A DNA stretch of 64,000 nt from Eledone cirrhosa (Eukaryota): positions 38,998,001-39,062,000 of the forward strand of contig OZ024744.1 of the NCBI GenBank assembly GCA_964016885.1. The letters are read 5' to 3'. Made by a program: the position numbers and the translations under genes. Positions 40,216-52,589 of this stretch are shown in pieces; positions within the stretch are counted from its first letter, which is position 1; each line of letters starts with the position of its first letter. The notes beneath the pieces are model-generated. The model searched no databases. It was not told where the DNA came from and saw only the letters and a list, made by a program, of their open reading frames with translations.

Positions 40216-40758
40216 TTAGGGAGAAGTGTTTAGACGGGGTTCGTATTTGTTAATAAAGTGAGGTTCCTTGCTGATGCGCTGGGTGTGGGTGGCATTATCT
40301 TTAAATTTGTAGAAGGGAAAGATTCTAAAATTGGGATGATTTTGGGCGGCACAGGTATCAATGTGTTCACTCAGTGGTATTTTCCTGTATTCCCGTATTT
40401 TAATTTGGGATCTATGGACAGTCATGCGTTGGCGGAGGCTGTTTTTGGTCTGGCCTATGTATTGTTCTCGACAACCTGAGCAAGTTAATACATATATTAG
40501 ATTTTCTGATGCGCATGTGAAATTGTGTTTTACTATAAAACGTTGTCCTTCTTTGAAATAGAATTCCGAACCCTCTATTAGGTTGATGCATATGCCACAG
40601 TTGGGTCTATCGCATTTTTTTACTGTGGGTTTCGTTGTTGTGGTTGGCAGTACTTTGGCATGTGTTAGGATGTTTTTCATTGACTTAGATTGTCTTTTGC
40701 TCTTTATGATATCGTGTGTTCGAAGGATTTGATTCATTCTATGGTCCTTTTTTAACAC
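40216..40758 (-). CDS. PLE Zn-linker + GIY-YIG endonuclease
   Basis: CDRPNCGIC, FTCASENLIYVLTCSGCREQYIGQT, RMTVHR, HIDTC, LN. Confidence 0.9.
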   Translation of the reverse strand: MLKKDHRMNQILRTHDIIKSKRQSKSMKNILTHAKVLPTTTTKPTVKKCDRPNCGICINLIEGSEFYFKEGQRFIVKHNFTCASENLIYVLTCSGCREQYIGQTKNSLRQRMTVHRSQIKIREYRKIPLSEHIDTCAAQNHPNFRIFPFYKFKDNATHTQRISKEPHFINKYEPRLNTSP

Positions 40759-40788
40759 AGGATGTTCTGGAGGATGGTGTCAAAGGCC

Positions 40789-41900
40789 TCATTGTTGAGG
40801 GGAGTTGTGTGTGGAGATGTATGGAAGAGCTTTTAGTTTCGGTTGATTTAATTTAGGGTGTCTAAGGTCCTGGGTACTGAGTTTTAGGGCACGTTGGATT
40901 CCATTGTCAATTAGTGATGCAGGGTAGTCCCTGCTTATGAATGTGTCCTTTAGTTCTTGTAGCCGTAAGTAACAGTTGTTTTTATTGGAGACTATAGTAC
41001 AGATTCTCTTGGCTAAGTTGTAGGGAATATTAATTTTAACGTGTCTAGGGTGGCAAGAGTTGAAAGGAAGATATTGCTTGGAGTCTGTGGGCTTGTAGTA
41101 TATGTCTGTTTCTATTTTTTTGTTATGAATCTTAATGAGGATGTCGAGAAAGGGGAGTTGTTGATGGTTGTATTCCATCGTAAAGTTAATATTCGTGTTG
41201 AGCCCATTTATAAGGGTGTGAAATTCTTTAAGTTTCTCGATGTTTTCGTGCCAAAGGATGAAGCAGTCATCTAGATATCGCTTCCAGTTCCTTTCTATGT
41301 GTAAGTGGAGAGTGTTTCCAAATTTGTTTAGTACTGTGTAGAGGGTGATTTCCAGGTATCCCATGACTAGGTTGGCATAAGTGGGGGCTGTTTTCGTTCC
41401 CATAGCGGTCCCAGATTTCTGCCTGTAGGGTTTGTTATTGAAAACGAAGTAATTGTTCTCCAAGATAAATTTGAGTCTCTCTATCACGAATTCTTTTTTG
41501 ATGCGTTGTGGAAGTTCATTGTGGTAATTATCCAGCCAGAATTGGATAGCTTCTATTCCTAGGTTGTGGGGGATGTTGGAGTATAGGTTGACTACATCGA
41601 ACGTCACTAGTACGGTTTGTTCAGAAAGTGGCATATTAGGGAGGTGATTGAGCATATCTAGGTTGTCCCTTATATAGCTTTTGAAGTGTTTGAGAAAAGG
41701 CTTGAGAAGGGTATCAATGAAGTTGCTAAGGCGGTGGGTTTCGCAAGCGGGGCCTGCTATTATAGGTCTTAATTTGAGATCATTGGGTGAGGGAACATTG
41801 ATGACTATGTCTGTGGCTTCCTTGCATGCCTTACTTATTAATTCGCTTTTATGTACTTTAGGGATACCGTAGAAAAGGCTGGATTTACTTGTGAAGTCTG
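40789..41900 (-). CDS. PLE reverse transcriptase (frameshifted segments)
   Basis: FYGIPKVHK, LRPIIAG, FDVVNLYSNIP, GTAMGTKTAPTYANL, RYLDDCF, FLD, HP. Confidence 0.92.
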
Positions 41901-42185
41901 TGATGAAGCTGAATTCCTTGTTAGTGAGTCCTTCTTTGTATTGGTTGATCAGGTGTGGGTTTGTTGTGTATTGTGGAAGCGAGAGTTGAGAAAATGGAAA
42001 TTACCTTGCTGTCCCCTTGAAGCGAGGAAGTTGTTACATCTATCATGGTGGTGGTATCTTTTCCCTATGTTTGACGATGAGGCATCTGCATAGTAGTTGA
42101 GTGATTTGGTATGGTGTCTCCTTGAAGGGGGGAAAGTTGTAAATGTCATTCTGGGGGTGATAATTTCTAGGGTTTTTGTTCCTTC

Positions 42186-43015
42186 TTATGGAAACGAGGT
42201 TGGGAAGTTCATCTTCGGTGTGGTGCTTCTTTCTTCTTTTGTTAGTGGGTTTGCGAAGTTGTTGTGCGGTTCGGTTATGTGTTTTCCTATTTTTATGAAC
42301 GGGTTATTGGAGGTGTAATCCGTTTGAAAAGTCGATTCATAGTTTAGGAACCAAGCGGCACTTTTTTCCCAGCGTTGAAGGGATTTCAGTTCTTCTCTGT
42401 TGCAGTCCCCTTTCCATAATTTAGAGATCTTCTCTACCTTGGGGCCTTCAGTCTTATTGTTGATTTCCAGGAGAATCTCTTCATCGATGGTTTTGATTTT
42501 TTCCTCATTTGTCTGGGCCCTCAATTTAAGAAGTTCAATTTCTGTCTTCATTTTTTCCAATGCCATTCTTTCCCTAAGGTGTCTTTGAGGTTCGGGTTCA
42601 TTTGGAATGGACTTTATTTGTATTTTACGGAGGAGAGTTAGAGGTTTGAGTTAAGCCATTTTTCATATATCTCCGCTTTGTTGTAATTTTATATCATCTT
42701 CCAGAATGAGAACTTTCTGTCTCTGAGGGATTTGTTCCATTTTGGAATTGTTCGAATTTTCATTTTATATGAATCAATCTCACATGGTTCTTCGTTGGTT
42801 TTTCCTGGGTTGGTAGTAGTGAACATAGTTTGGATAGTATCGCAAAGGTTTTGAAGTTTATCGCAGATTTCGGAGGGTTTGTATCCGGTGACGGTTTCCT
42901 CATTTGTGGAGTCAAGTTTGTCGACCAGCACAGATAGGTTGGTGTTAATTTGCTTGAGTTCCTGTAGAATCTCTTCATTTGTGTTGATAAGAGTTGTATC
43001 TGTTTTTGTTGGCAT
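42186..43015 (-). pseudogene. N-terminal coiled-coil region of the same PLE ORF (split)
   Basis: ORFs 42689-43015 and 42186-42566 are collinear upstream of the RT; ATG ~30 nt after the upstream pLTR end. Confidence 0.65.
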
Positions 43016-43528
43016 TTTCTATATCTCGTGTGAGGGTATGATATTTAAAAGAATAGAGGTGTAACACACGAGTTGTGATATATTGGTAAATGGAAAAGGA
43101 AATGCTGACAAATTGTTCCCAGTGAAAAATAGTTTAATTAGGAATAAGTAAAAATTAGTAATAAGTATTGGTTAGTATTCAGTTTTAGTTTTAAGTTTTT
43201 ACCGGTTGCGGAAAAAAGTGGCTCCAGAGGTATTAAAATAAGTTTCGCGCCAATTCGTGTTGCAAAAATTCTTGTGGTCAAAACAATTTTGATTGGTCGC
43301 TAGAGGTCACGTGAATGCTAAAAATTGATTTTGCGCCAATTGTAGGTTTGTCGAAGAGTGTCCTTTTTCGCCTGATTGAGAAGTCACTGAAAAATAAGTC
43401 TTTTAAGACAAATATGTGTGTGTGTGTGTAGTAAAGAGGTTCATTGTTGTGTAGGGTCAGTAGGGTTGTGTGTGTGAATTGCAGTCATGTTGAAAGGTCA
43501 ACAGTTCAGGTGCCTATTAAGACAAATA

Positions 43529-43605
<77 letters not shown>

Positions 43606-44243
43606 CAGAGTAATTCGTTGTAGAGGGATCGGTCAATAGGAATGTGTCTGTACGTGTGTCGGGGATATTTTAACATGTTGAAAGATATTTTTCAGCTCTT
43701 GTCTTATACGGAGAATTGTGTGTATGTTAGTGTACGCGTGTGTATGTGTGTGTGTATATATGTGTGTGTGTATGTGTGTGTGTGTGCGTGTGGGTAGACC
43801 AGTATTTTTGTGATACTGGTAAAAATGGTGTACATTATTCGATATTTTCAGCAAAAACGATTCTCTCAAGAGAACATCAATAACATTAATAATAAAAGGG
43901 GTGAAATGATATATAGTATTGTCATAACACCAAGGTGTGTGTGAGTGTCCAGATTGTACGTACTGCAAGAGGAATCCATTAGGCCCTGCCGTATTGGAAT
44001 ACTTGTGTACAAATATGTATGTGCCCATCAGTGTGCAATGCATGTGTGCGTATATGTATGTGTGTGTGTCGGCACGTCTATATCTATAGACATCAAAAGG
44101 TATGCACATTTGTCTATATTTGTGTTGCACCATAGAACATCTGTGTTTACGTATGTCATTGTGTTTATATGTGGATAGAGATGTATGTAGGATTTATGCT
44201 GATGTAGGTATGTATGTTGACGTGTGTATGTTGTGGGTTCGTC

Positions 44244-44880
44244 TTAGGGAGAAGTGTTTAGACGGGGTTCGTATTTGTTAATAAAGTGAGGTTCCTTGCT
44301 GATGCGCTGGGTGTGGGTGGCATTATCTTTAAATTTGTAGAAGGGAAAGATTCTAAAATTGGGATGATTTTGGGCGGCACAGGTATCAATGTGTTCACTC
44401 AGTGGTATTTTCCTGTATTCCCGTATTTTAATTTGGGATCTATGGACAGTCATGCGTTGGCGGAGGCTGTTTTTGGTCTGGCCTATGTATTGTTCTCGAC
44501 AACCTGAGCAAGTTAATGCATATATTAGATTTTCTGATGCGCATGTGAAATTGTGTTTTACTATAAAACGTTGTCCTTCTTTGAAATAGAATTCCGAACC
44601 CTCTATTAGGTTGATGCATATGCCACAGTTGGGTCTATCGCATTTTTTTACTGTGGGTTTCGTTGTTGTGGTTGGCAGTACTTTGGCATGTGTTAGGATG
44701 TTTTTCATTGACTTAGATTGTCTTTTGCTCTTTATGATATCGTGTGTTCGAAGGATTTGGTTCATTCTATGGTCCTTTTTTAACACAGGGATGTTCTGGA
44801 GGATGGTGTCAAAGGCCTCATTGTTGAGGGGGTTGTGTGTGGAGATGTATGGAAGAGCTTTTAGTTTCGGTTGATTTACT
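44244..44880 (-). CDS. PLE linker + GIY-YIG, tandem upstream partial copy
   Basis: Near-identical to 40216-40850 and open through the region frameshifted in the downstream copy. Confidence 0.88.
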
Positions 44881-44981
44881 TTAGGAATACCTTTGGAGCC
44901 ACTTTTTTCACATAAAACAGGTAGAATTTCCAAAACTAATCAGATTAGAGCAAACATCACGGGCGCTCTATCTCAAAATTA

Positions 44982-45018
44982 TTTTTGAAAAGCATTAGAA
45001 ATGCGCAACCGGTAAAAA
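44982..45018 (+). ncRNA. Hammerhead-like variant (family K, inverted copy)
   Basis: TTGAAAA-gcattagaaatgc-GCAA-ccgg-TA. Confidence 0.5.
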
Positions 45019-45368
45019 CTTAAAACTAAAACTGAATACTAACCAATACTTATTACTAATATTTACTTATTCCTAATTAAACTATTTTTCACTGGGAAAA
45101 ATTTGTCACCATTTTCTTTTCCTTTTACCAATATATATATATATATATATATGAATATATCTATAGTACATTTGGCAATATACTGTATGTTTAATTAAAA
45201 ACATTTAGATGACCATTAGGTATGAGTTTTAAAGTAGTGACTATGTCACTTACTTAATCTCGGCATATATATATTTGTATATATATATAAACGTAAAAAA
45301 TGAAACGAAATTTCATTTCTCACTCATACTTATATTTATATATATATATATAAATATATATATATATA

Positions 45369-45404
<36 letters not shown>

Positions 45405-45496
45405 ACGAAGGAAATGTGGTGAGGAACCAGGTGGACCATAACGCACCAAAGTACTCAATACTTAGGGTAGTAGAGTGGGTAATAGGAACGAGTAGG

Positions 45497-45592
45497 ACCC
45501 CGACGGCTGAGCTCAAGCCGTTTCGACGGCTAATTCTGGACTAAATGAAAATGTTTATCCTGGTATATGAAAAGCCGAGCTTCTCAGGGGGT
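45497..45592 (-). ncRNA. Hammerhead variant with CUGAGAA core and extended stems II/III (family C)
   Basis: acccc-CTGAGAA-gctcggct...agccgtc-GAAA-cggct tgagctc agccG-TC-ggggt. Confidence 0.75.
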
Positions 45593-46945
45593 AATTCCAT
45601 ATATGGTAAAAGTGATTGTCACAAGGATTGGTCAAAAGTTTGTTGTTGAGACACATAATTCTATCATGGCAATTTGTGGAAAGAAGGAGTAGCTGAACCT
45701 GCCAGTAGAAGAAAGAGGGAGAGGGAGTGGAGGAAACCCAGTCTTGCGTTGATAGTGCCAACTACAACAGGATCCTAAGGGCAGGAGGTCAAGCAAGTAT
45801 ACTAGGGAGGGGGAGGGGAGGCAGTCGAAACAATAAGTAAATCAATATGGAGTAAATATATAGAAGACTACCAAGAATGTTAAAAATATAATAAAACAAT
45901 TTCTGGTTACTATTCCCTAACCACAATCATCAAGTCTCTCACTGGTACTGCTAAACTATAGAAAAGTTAACTAGGTGGGACGGAATTGTAGTGGGACAAT
46001 TTTATGAGTTAGTAGTAATCAACCGAGTATATCTTACAGTGACAGGTCAACAAGTGGGGGGCCAAAATACTAAAGAAACTACCACGAAATAATAATTCGG
46101 AGTCCCGAAACTAATACGAAATAATTGTTTCTACTCCAGGCACAAGGCCAGCAATCACCCAGTGCAAAACATAAACTAATACGAAATAATAATTCAGAAT
46201 CCCGAAAATGAATACTAATACTATCTCTAAGGGTGCCGCTACGATACAAAAATTCTAGTACAAACTACATAAATGTTCGTACGATATATATGAAAGATTT
46301 GATACGGAAAATTAATTCAGAATCCCCCCCCCCCAAAAAAAAAAAAATAATAAATACTGATATACGAGAAACTAAAGCAGATGCCACTAAGAAATGTAGA
46401 AAGCACGGAAATGGGGCAGCCATCGGATAAGAAAGCAAGTATCTGGGGTCTATCACCTCTGCTATAAAAAGCGGAGTCGGCCAATTCTATCACAGAATAG
46501 GGGATGGGGGTGGGGGTACTGAGGCTACAAAGGACCGAGGGGCTGCCTCGGGGTTGGCGAGAAAGTGAAAAGGACGACGACAAAGAAGGAGGACTGATGT
46601 GGAAGGACTAGGAAGGGATGGGATGAAGAAGGAAATATAGAGGAAACGATAAAAAAGATATAAAAGAAAATCTTACGTCTACCTTTGCAAGCAGGTGTTA
46701 CCCATTACAAAGTCGGCAAGTGGGGTGTTACAGCCCTTGTCTACCCCCCGGGTCATTATGGGGTTTGAGGGCGAGGTAAGTCCTACGCAATCTGTGTTTG
46801 CATGCAATTACCAGTTCGTCTTTCCTGTTTAGGAGTTGGTCCGTCGAAAACAGGCATTTGTAAAGTTTCCTCCGAGCATAAATTGCACGGACGGCGTCCT
46901 CCCGTGTAAGAGTTGGCTCTGGACAGTAAGCTCCAAGTGAAAATT

Positions 46946-47041
46946 ACCCCCTGAGAAGCTCGAGTATTCATATACCAGGATAAAAATGTTCATTTAGTCC
47001 AGAATTAGCCGTCGAAACGGCTTGAGCTCAGCCATCGGGGT
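46946..47041 (+). ncRNA. Hammerhead variant with CUGAGAA core (family C, inverted copy)
   Basis: acccc-CTGAGAA-gctcg...agccgtc-GAAA-cggcttgagctcagccA-TC-ggggt. Confidence 0.7.
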
Positions 47042-47053
47042 CCTACTCGTTCC

Positions 47054-47086
<33 letters not shown>

Positions 47087-47224
47087 AATAAATGTAATCT
47101 GAGTTGTTTCGAATATTAATAATAACATTCAATTCGTTTGCAATTATGCAAACAAGCCTCAATTTTATAGCCATGTCAGTAGAATGAGCCCCTCATTCTT
47201 TCTCTTATGTTGGCATGCGAACAG

Positions 47225-47272
47225 AACTGTAGACACTAATATTTCTTGGTATCACCCTTCATCAGTACAGCT
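47225..47272 (-). ncRNA. Type I hammerhead ribozyme (family L)
   Basis: agctgta-CTGATGA-agggtgataccaa-GAAA-tattagtg-TC-tacagtt. Confidence 0.82.
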
Positions 47273-47661
47273 GACTTCACCTGCCAACTGTCAGAGCTAG
47301 TGAAAATATATACTATTTTCAAAAATACAGTGACTGATCGGCCTGATTTGCATATTAGCAGGCTAATATCAGATTAATATTCGAAAAAACTCAGATTACA
47401 TTTATTGTATTCAGCCATGTAGAGCGAAATTTTCTTTTTTATTTGAATTTGGCAAAGCCGGCCATTTATCGCTGGTATACAGGAAACTGACTGGCCAGTC
47501 TGCTGATATGCAAATCTGGCTGATCAGTGGATCTGCTAATATGCAGATCTGACTGATCAGCCAGTCTGCTAATATGCAAATCAGGCCGATCAGTAACTGT
47601 GTAGTTTAGAAAATAGCATATATTTTCACTAGCTCTGACAGTTGGCAGGTGGACAGTGAGG

Positions 47662-47703
47662 TGTACTGATGAAGGGTGATACCCAGAAACATTAGTGTCT
47701 GCA
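47662..47703 (+). ncRNA. Type I hammerhead ribozyme (family L)
   Basis: tgta-CTGATGA-agggtgataccca-GAAA-cattagtg-TC-tgca. Confidence 0.87.
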
Positions 47704-48155
47704 GTTCATTTACATGCCAACACAAGAGCAAGAATGAGGGGCTCATTCTACTGACATGGCTTTAAAATGAGGCTTGTTTGCATAATTGCAAACGAATTGA
47801 ATGTTATATATATATAGAGAGAGAGATAAATATACACAGACGTGTATGATTGTGTATAGAAGATTATATTAAGAAAAGGAATTCCAACTTTGTCTGATTT
47901 ACTCGTTTTATTTACAATCCTTTAAAATTTATAATGGTATACCTGCCCCCACCACTCCACTGAAAAGATACTACACACCCTCCCATGTCCCATTGTCCTT
48001 CCGACTCTCTCTCTCTGAATAATTAACACTTTAATAGTATCTCTCTCTCTATCTAACGGCCTATCTCTCTCTTTTTCCCCTCCCCTCTGTTTTTCTGTCT
48101 CTCTCTGTAGATGTGTGTGTGTAGTTTTCCTAATCTTTCTCTAAATCTCTCTCTT

Positions 48156-48252
<97 letters not shown>

Positions 48253-48566
48253 TGAAGGGAGATACGGAAACTAAAACAGTGATGTCATATAGAGAGTGAA
48301 GAGCGACAGAGAGAGTAAAGCAGTTAAATTATATAGAGGAGGAATGATCTTACATACATACATATATACATGATGGCTGCCCTCTCGTTATCGAGTATGG
48401 CCATTGCACGAGAAAAGATATATATATATACACATACATATACATATACATATATATTCATATATATTAATAACAAAAATAATAATAATAACAACAATAA
48501 TAATAACGACACAACAATAATAATATACATATATATATATATATATACACACACGCACACACATAA

Positions 48567-48615
48567 GCAACTAACAGCGCAACTAACAGCGCAACTAACA
48601 GCGCAACTAACAGCG
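48567..48615. repeat. 12-bp tandem repeat (GCAACTAACAGC) x4
   Basis: Directly visible. Confidence 0.85.
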
Positions 48616-49701
48616 CTGCGATCGAATGTGGCTTTTTAGCCCAGCCAATGATCTAAAATGTCTTGCACAGAGTCGGCAACCAAAACATTCACTGGGAATA
48701 GCCGGACGTGGTTGGAGTTGGTGTACTTTTGCATGTCGTTTGAGCCCTCCTGCTGATTTAAATTCTCTACCTCATGTTTGGCAAGCATGATGAGTAGCAT
48801 CTCCAACAGCAGCCTGGTAGTCAACCACTGGTCTTACTTTATGACTGCGAAGATGACTTTCGAGTCCAGCTTTTCTTAGGCAGAGTCTCGCACAGACGCT
48901 GCATGGCAGCACCATAGGAGGACCCTCGCCGTCTGGAAGTGCAACAGCAATGCCCTTCCTCACATCCCGCGTTACTTTCTCGTATGCGATTCGAGATGCC
49001 TCAAAGGCAACTTTTCCCTCATATACAGTCTTTCTCCATTTATTAAGATCAGCAGCAATATTTTCCCATGTACCAGCAGAGATGTTAGCGTCTTTCAAAG
49101 AGGCTTTCAAGGAATCCTTTTACCTCTTTTTTGGTTTATGTGGCGGTCGTTTTCCTTTAACTAACTCTCCATAAAAGAGTTCTTTTTGGTATTCTAGAAT
49201 CCTTCATCCTGGCAAGGTGACCACTCCAACGGAGTCGTTGTTTAAGCACAAGAGCTTCTATACTGTCACACATAGAGCTTTCTAAAATCTCGACATCACT
49301 GATGTGGTCCCTCCAGTGAACGCCATGGATCCGTCTGAGACACATCTGATGGAAACGCTCCAATTGCTTAAGGTGGTGTCGATATGTGACCCAGGTCTCG
49401 CAGGCATAAAGAAGAGAAGAGAGCACACATGCCTTTTACACCTTTACCTTTGTCTTCTTGTATATGTCTCGCCGACCCCAGAGTCGCCTTTCTAGCTTTC
49501 CGAAAGCAACACTTGTTTTCCTAATCCTAAGTGAGATTTCACTGTCAAGGTTGCTGTATCGATTCACAGTACTTCCCAGGTAGACAAACTGATCAACCAC
49601 TCCAAGTCGTTTACCATACACATAGATATTTGGTTCACTGTACTGCTTACCAAGGGCAGGTTGGTACATGACGACGGTTTTCTTGAGACTGACAGTCAAT
49701 C

Positions 49702-50832
49702 CTAGGGCAGTGCAAGCGTCAGAAAATGCATCAAAATGTGCTGCGTATCACTCTCTGTGTTCGCTACAAGATCGCAATCATCTGCATACACGAGGTCTCT
49801 TATGATTGATGTAAATACTTTTGTCTTTACAGCAAAGCGCCTGATGTTAAATATGCTGCCTGAGGTTCGATATCGGATGTAAACACCATGCTCGCAATTC
49901 CTGAATACAATGCAGAAAACCATTGCAAAGTATATGGCAAACAGGGTCGGTGCTGGAATATCCCCCTGTTTCACTCCATTTTTTACTGAGATAGGCTCCG
50001 ACATGTTACCTCCGACATTAACCCAAGCCTTCATGTCGTCATGGAAAGACCTAACTAAAGCAAGGAACTTATCAGGGCAACCTAGTTTCTGGAGAACCTT
50101 CCATAATGCATTTCTGTTAACAGTATCGAAAGCTTTTGTCAGATCGACAAAAACCTGATACAGATCCAAACCTTGTTCCATGCACTTCTCCTGGAGCTGT
50201 CTAGCTGAGAAGATCATATCAGTAGTGCCGCGTCCAGCACGAAAACCAGATTGACTTTCAGGAAGAACACAATCTGCAATGTGTGTCAGCAGACGGTCCA
50301 GAAGCACCCTACATAAAACTTTCCCTACGACAGAAAGCAATGATATACCTCTGTAGTTCCCACAATCATTCCTGTTACCCTTTCCCTTGTACAAGACCAC
50401 CATTACTGCATCTCTCCAGTCCTCAGGTACGGATTCATTAGCCCATATCCTGCCAAACAAAGAGTGAAGATGTTGCAGGAGTCTCTCACCACCATATTGT
50501 AGGAGCTCAGTATGTATGCCATCCATACCCGGAGACCTTCCACTGTTCAGCTTTGAGATGGCCACTGCAACCTCCACAAGCGTCGGAGGTTCTGCGAGAG
50601 CTACTTTCACAGGACTTTCTGGAATGAGATTGAGGAAATCTTCATTGACGACAGACGACTGATTCAAAAGATCATCAAAGTGCTCTCGCCACCTTCGTAG
50701 AATTCCTTGTGAGTCACGAAGAAGTTTTTTGCCATCCTTGCTGCGAAGCGGTGTCACCAGAGAAGAAGAGACTGTACAACAGCTTTGTGTTTTTGGAATC
50801 TGACGCAGTTTGTATCTCATCAGCCTTCTCAC
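49702..50832 (-). CDS. RTE reverse transcriptase domain
   Basis: NYRGISLLS, GRGTTDMIF, FVDLTKAFDTVNR, YADD. Confidence 0.92.
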   Translation of the reverse strand: MRRLMRYKLRQIPKTQSCCTVSSSLVTPLRSKDGKKLLRDSQGILRRWREHFDDLLNQSSVVNEDFLNLIPESPVKVALAEPPTLVEVAVAISKLNSGRSPGMDGIHTELLQYGGERLLQHLHSLFGRIWANESVPEDWRDAVMVVLYKGKGNRNDCGNYRGISLLSVVGKVLCRVLLDRLLTHIADCVLPESQSGFRAGRGTTDMIFSARQLQEKCMEQGLDLYQVFVDLTKAFDTVNRNALWKVLQKLGCPDKFLALVRSFHDDMKAWVNVGGNMSEPISVKNGVKQGDIPAPTLFAIYFAMVFCIVFRNCEHGVYIRYRTSGSIFNIRRFAVKTKVFTSIIRDLVYADDCDLVANTESDTQHILMHFLTLALP

Positions 50833-51329
50833 TCCACCACTGATCCTTCATCTGAGAAAGACTCCGCCTAATACGTGATTTTACATCCTTGAATTCCTCA
50901 TGCAACGTACTCCTCTCCTGTGGTTTTGCCGTCAAGTAGCGTGACAGAGCACGCCTCTTATCAGCCAACAAGTCTTCTATACGTACATCATCCTCATTAA
51001 ACCAGTCGTGATGTTTTCACTGCACCAATCCCAGAACACGCCTGCCTACATCATAGACCGACTTTTTAAGGGTCGGCCAATCCTCACCAAGATCTACAAC
51101 CTGCATCTCTTCTTGCAATGTCCTCTTCACATTTTTATCCTTAAGACGAGCAGCATTCAATCTTTTGGGCAGGGCAACACCAGGAGCCCCGATTTTACTT
51201 TCACTGATTAGTTTCACTTTTGCGCGTACCAGGCGGTGGTCCGTCCAGCACTCAGCTCCACGAAGAGCACAAACACACTGCACCTCCTGTCTGTCACGCA
51301 TCCTGTCTAGCACGTAATCCAAAAGATAA

Positions 51330-51880
51330 TACATACATACATACATACATACATACATACATACATACATACATACATACATACATACATACATACATAC
51401 ATACATGGTGGTGGCTGCCAACTCGTTTTCGAGTACGGCCACTACTTTATATCCATGTAGGAGAACTCCTACCGATGCGCTGAACGAGTGTGACATTTTA
51501 GTCCAGCCAGCGACTTGAAAACTCTGGTACAAACACTACACTTGTGACAATTATTGACACATAGTGCTGGGTCCATGGTTCCATGTGACGACAAGTGCAG
51601 AGAGATCTCCAGATATAAAGCAATGCCTGTGCCGTGAAGCTTTTATAGTGAGCAAAGGCACTGCACAAAGCCAGTCCCACTCTCTTAACCAAGATGATAT
51701 TTACCAAAAAGAAGAACAAGTCAACATCATTGGATACCGTCAGGGTTGCAGGTGGGGTTGCCAGTTTAGTCGCCAACGACCCGACCATGAGAGAGGTTGT
51801 ACTGGGATACATGTTACCAGTAGCACCAACTGGTGACCTGACATATATATACGTATATACACACCAACTGGTGACCTGAC
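51330..51880 (-). mobile_element. Second RTE 3' end with (ATGT)n tail
   Basis: 3' hairpin actcg aaaa cgagt..gcagcc then long (ATGT)n; matches the ends at 48373 and 53196. Confidence 0.65.
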
Positions 51881-51925
51881 ATACATACATACATACATAC
51901 ATACATACATACATACATACATACA

Positions 51926-51959
<34 letters not shown>

Positions 51960-52330
51960 CATATAAAGTATAGATATGTGCGTGTGTGTGTTTGTGTACG
52001 TGTATGTGTGTATGTGCATGTGTGTGTCTGTGTGTTTTGTTTTGATGTTATCCGGCAATTGGCGAAATCAGGTGTGAAAGTATGTGTATTTGTGTGTGTG
52101 TGTATGTGTGTGTGTAGGCGTGTGTGTGTGTGTGTGTTACTTATGCGAGCGACGACAGAAAAAGTGTGTGGGATACATACATTATTATATTTGTCTGTAT
52201 TTTCGTTGTGCAACCATTATATTATGATATTTGTATCCAAATGATTTAATTGTATGTATTACCTGCTTCCCGTCCCTCTGTTTCTCTTTCCCTCTCTCTC
52301 TCTCTCTCCCTACTCTCTCCTCTCTCTCTA

Positions 52331-52375
<45 letters not shown>

Positions 52376-52589
52376 AGATGTGTGTGTGTGTAGTTTTCAT
52401 AATCTGTCTCTTTCACTCTCTGTCTCTCTAAGAGGGTTACCTTTTGATGTGTGTATTACCTGCTTGTGTGTTGACCGAATTTGAAGGAGGTTATCCTTTT
52501 GAAATAAACATACATACGGCGCTCATCTCTATGTTGATATATGATATAAATAATGGGATTGATGAGTTAATATCTGTATACAATAACTA

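Larger units (their letters stand above)
45405..47055 (-). mobile_element. 5'-truncated PLE (family C): GIY-YIG C-terminus, long 3' UTR, pLTR, plus inverted pLTR at 46943-47055
   Basis: WSLLSRANSYTGGRRPCNLCSEE (46783-46940); HHR in both ends; (TA)n on both sides. Confidence 0.8.
47086..47807. mobile_element. Coding-free fold-back pLTR unit with divergent HHRs (family L)
   Basis: Arms 47123-47365/47566-47807; 47086-47120 inverted at 47373-47406; TA-rich flanks. Confidence 0.8.
48355..51328 (-). mobile_element. RTE-clade LINE, 5'-truncated, with frameshifts
   Basis: APE end CWTDHRLV; RT with LPESQSGFR, DLTKAFD, GVKQG, YADD; LRWSGHL; C2H2 CSVC..HLRSH; 3' hairpin + ATGT tail. Confidence 0.92.

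Noticed and set aside
47495-47593. CRISPR-like 33-bp repeats
   Set aside because: Contiguous tandem units without spacers, eukaryotic context, no cas genes
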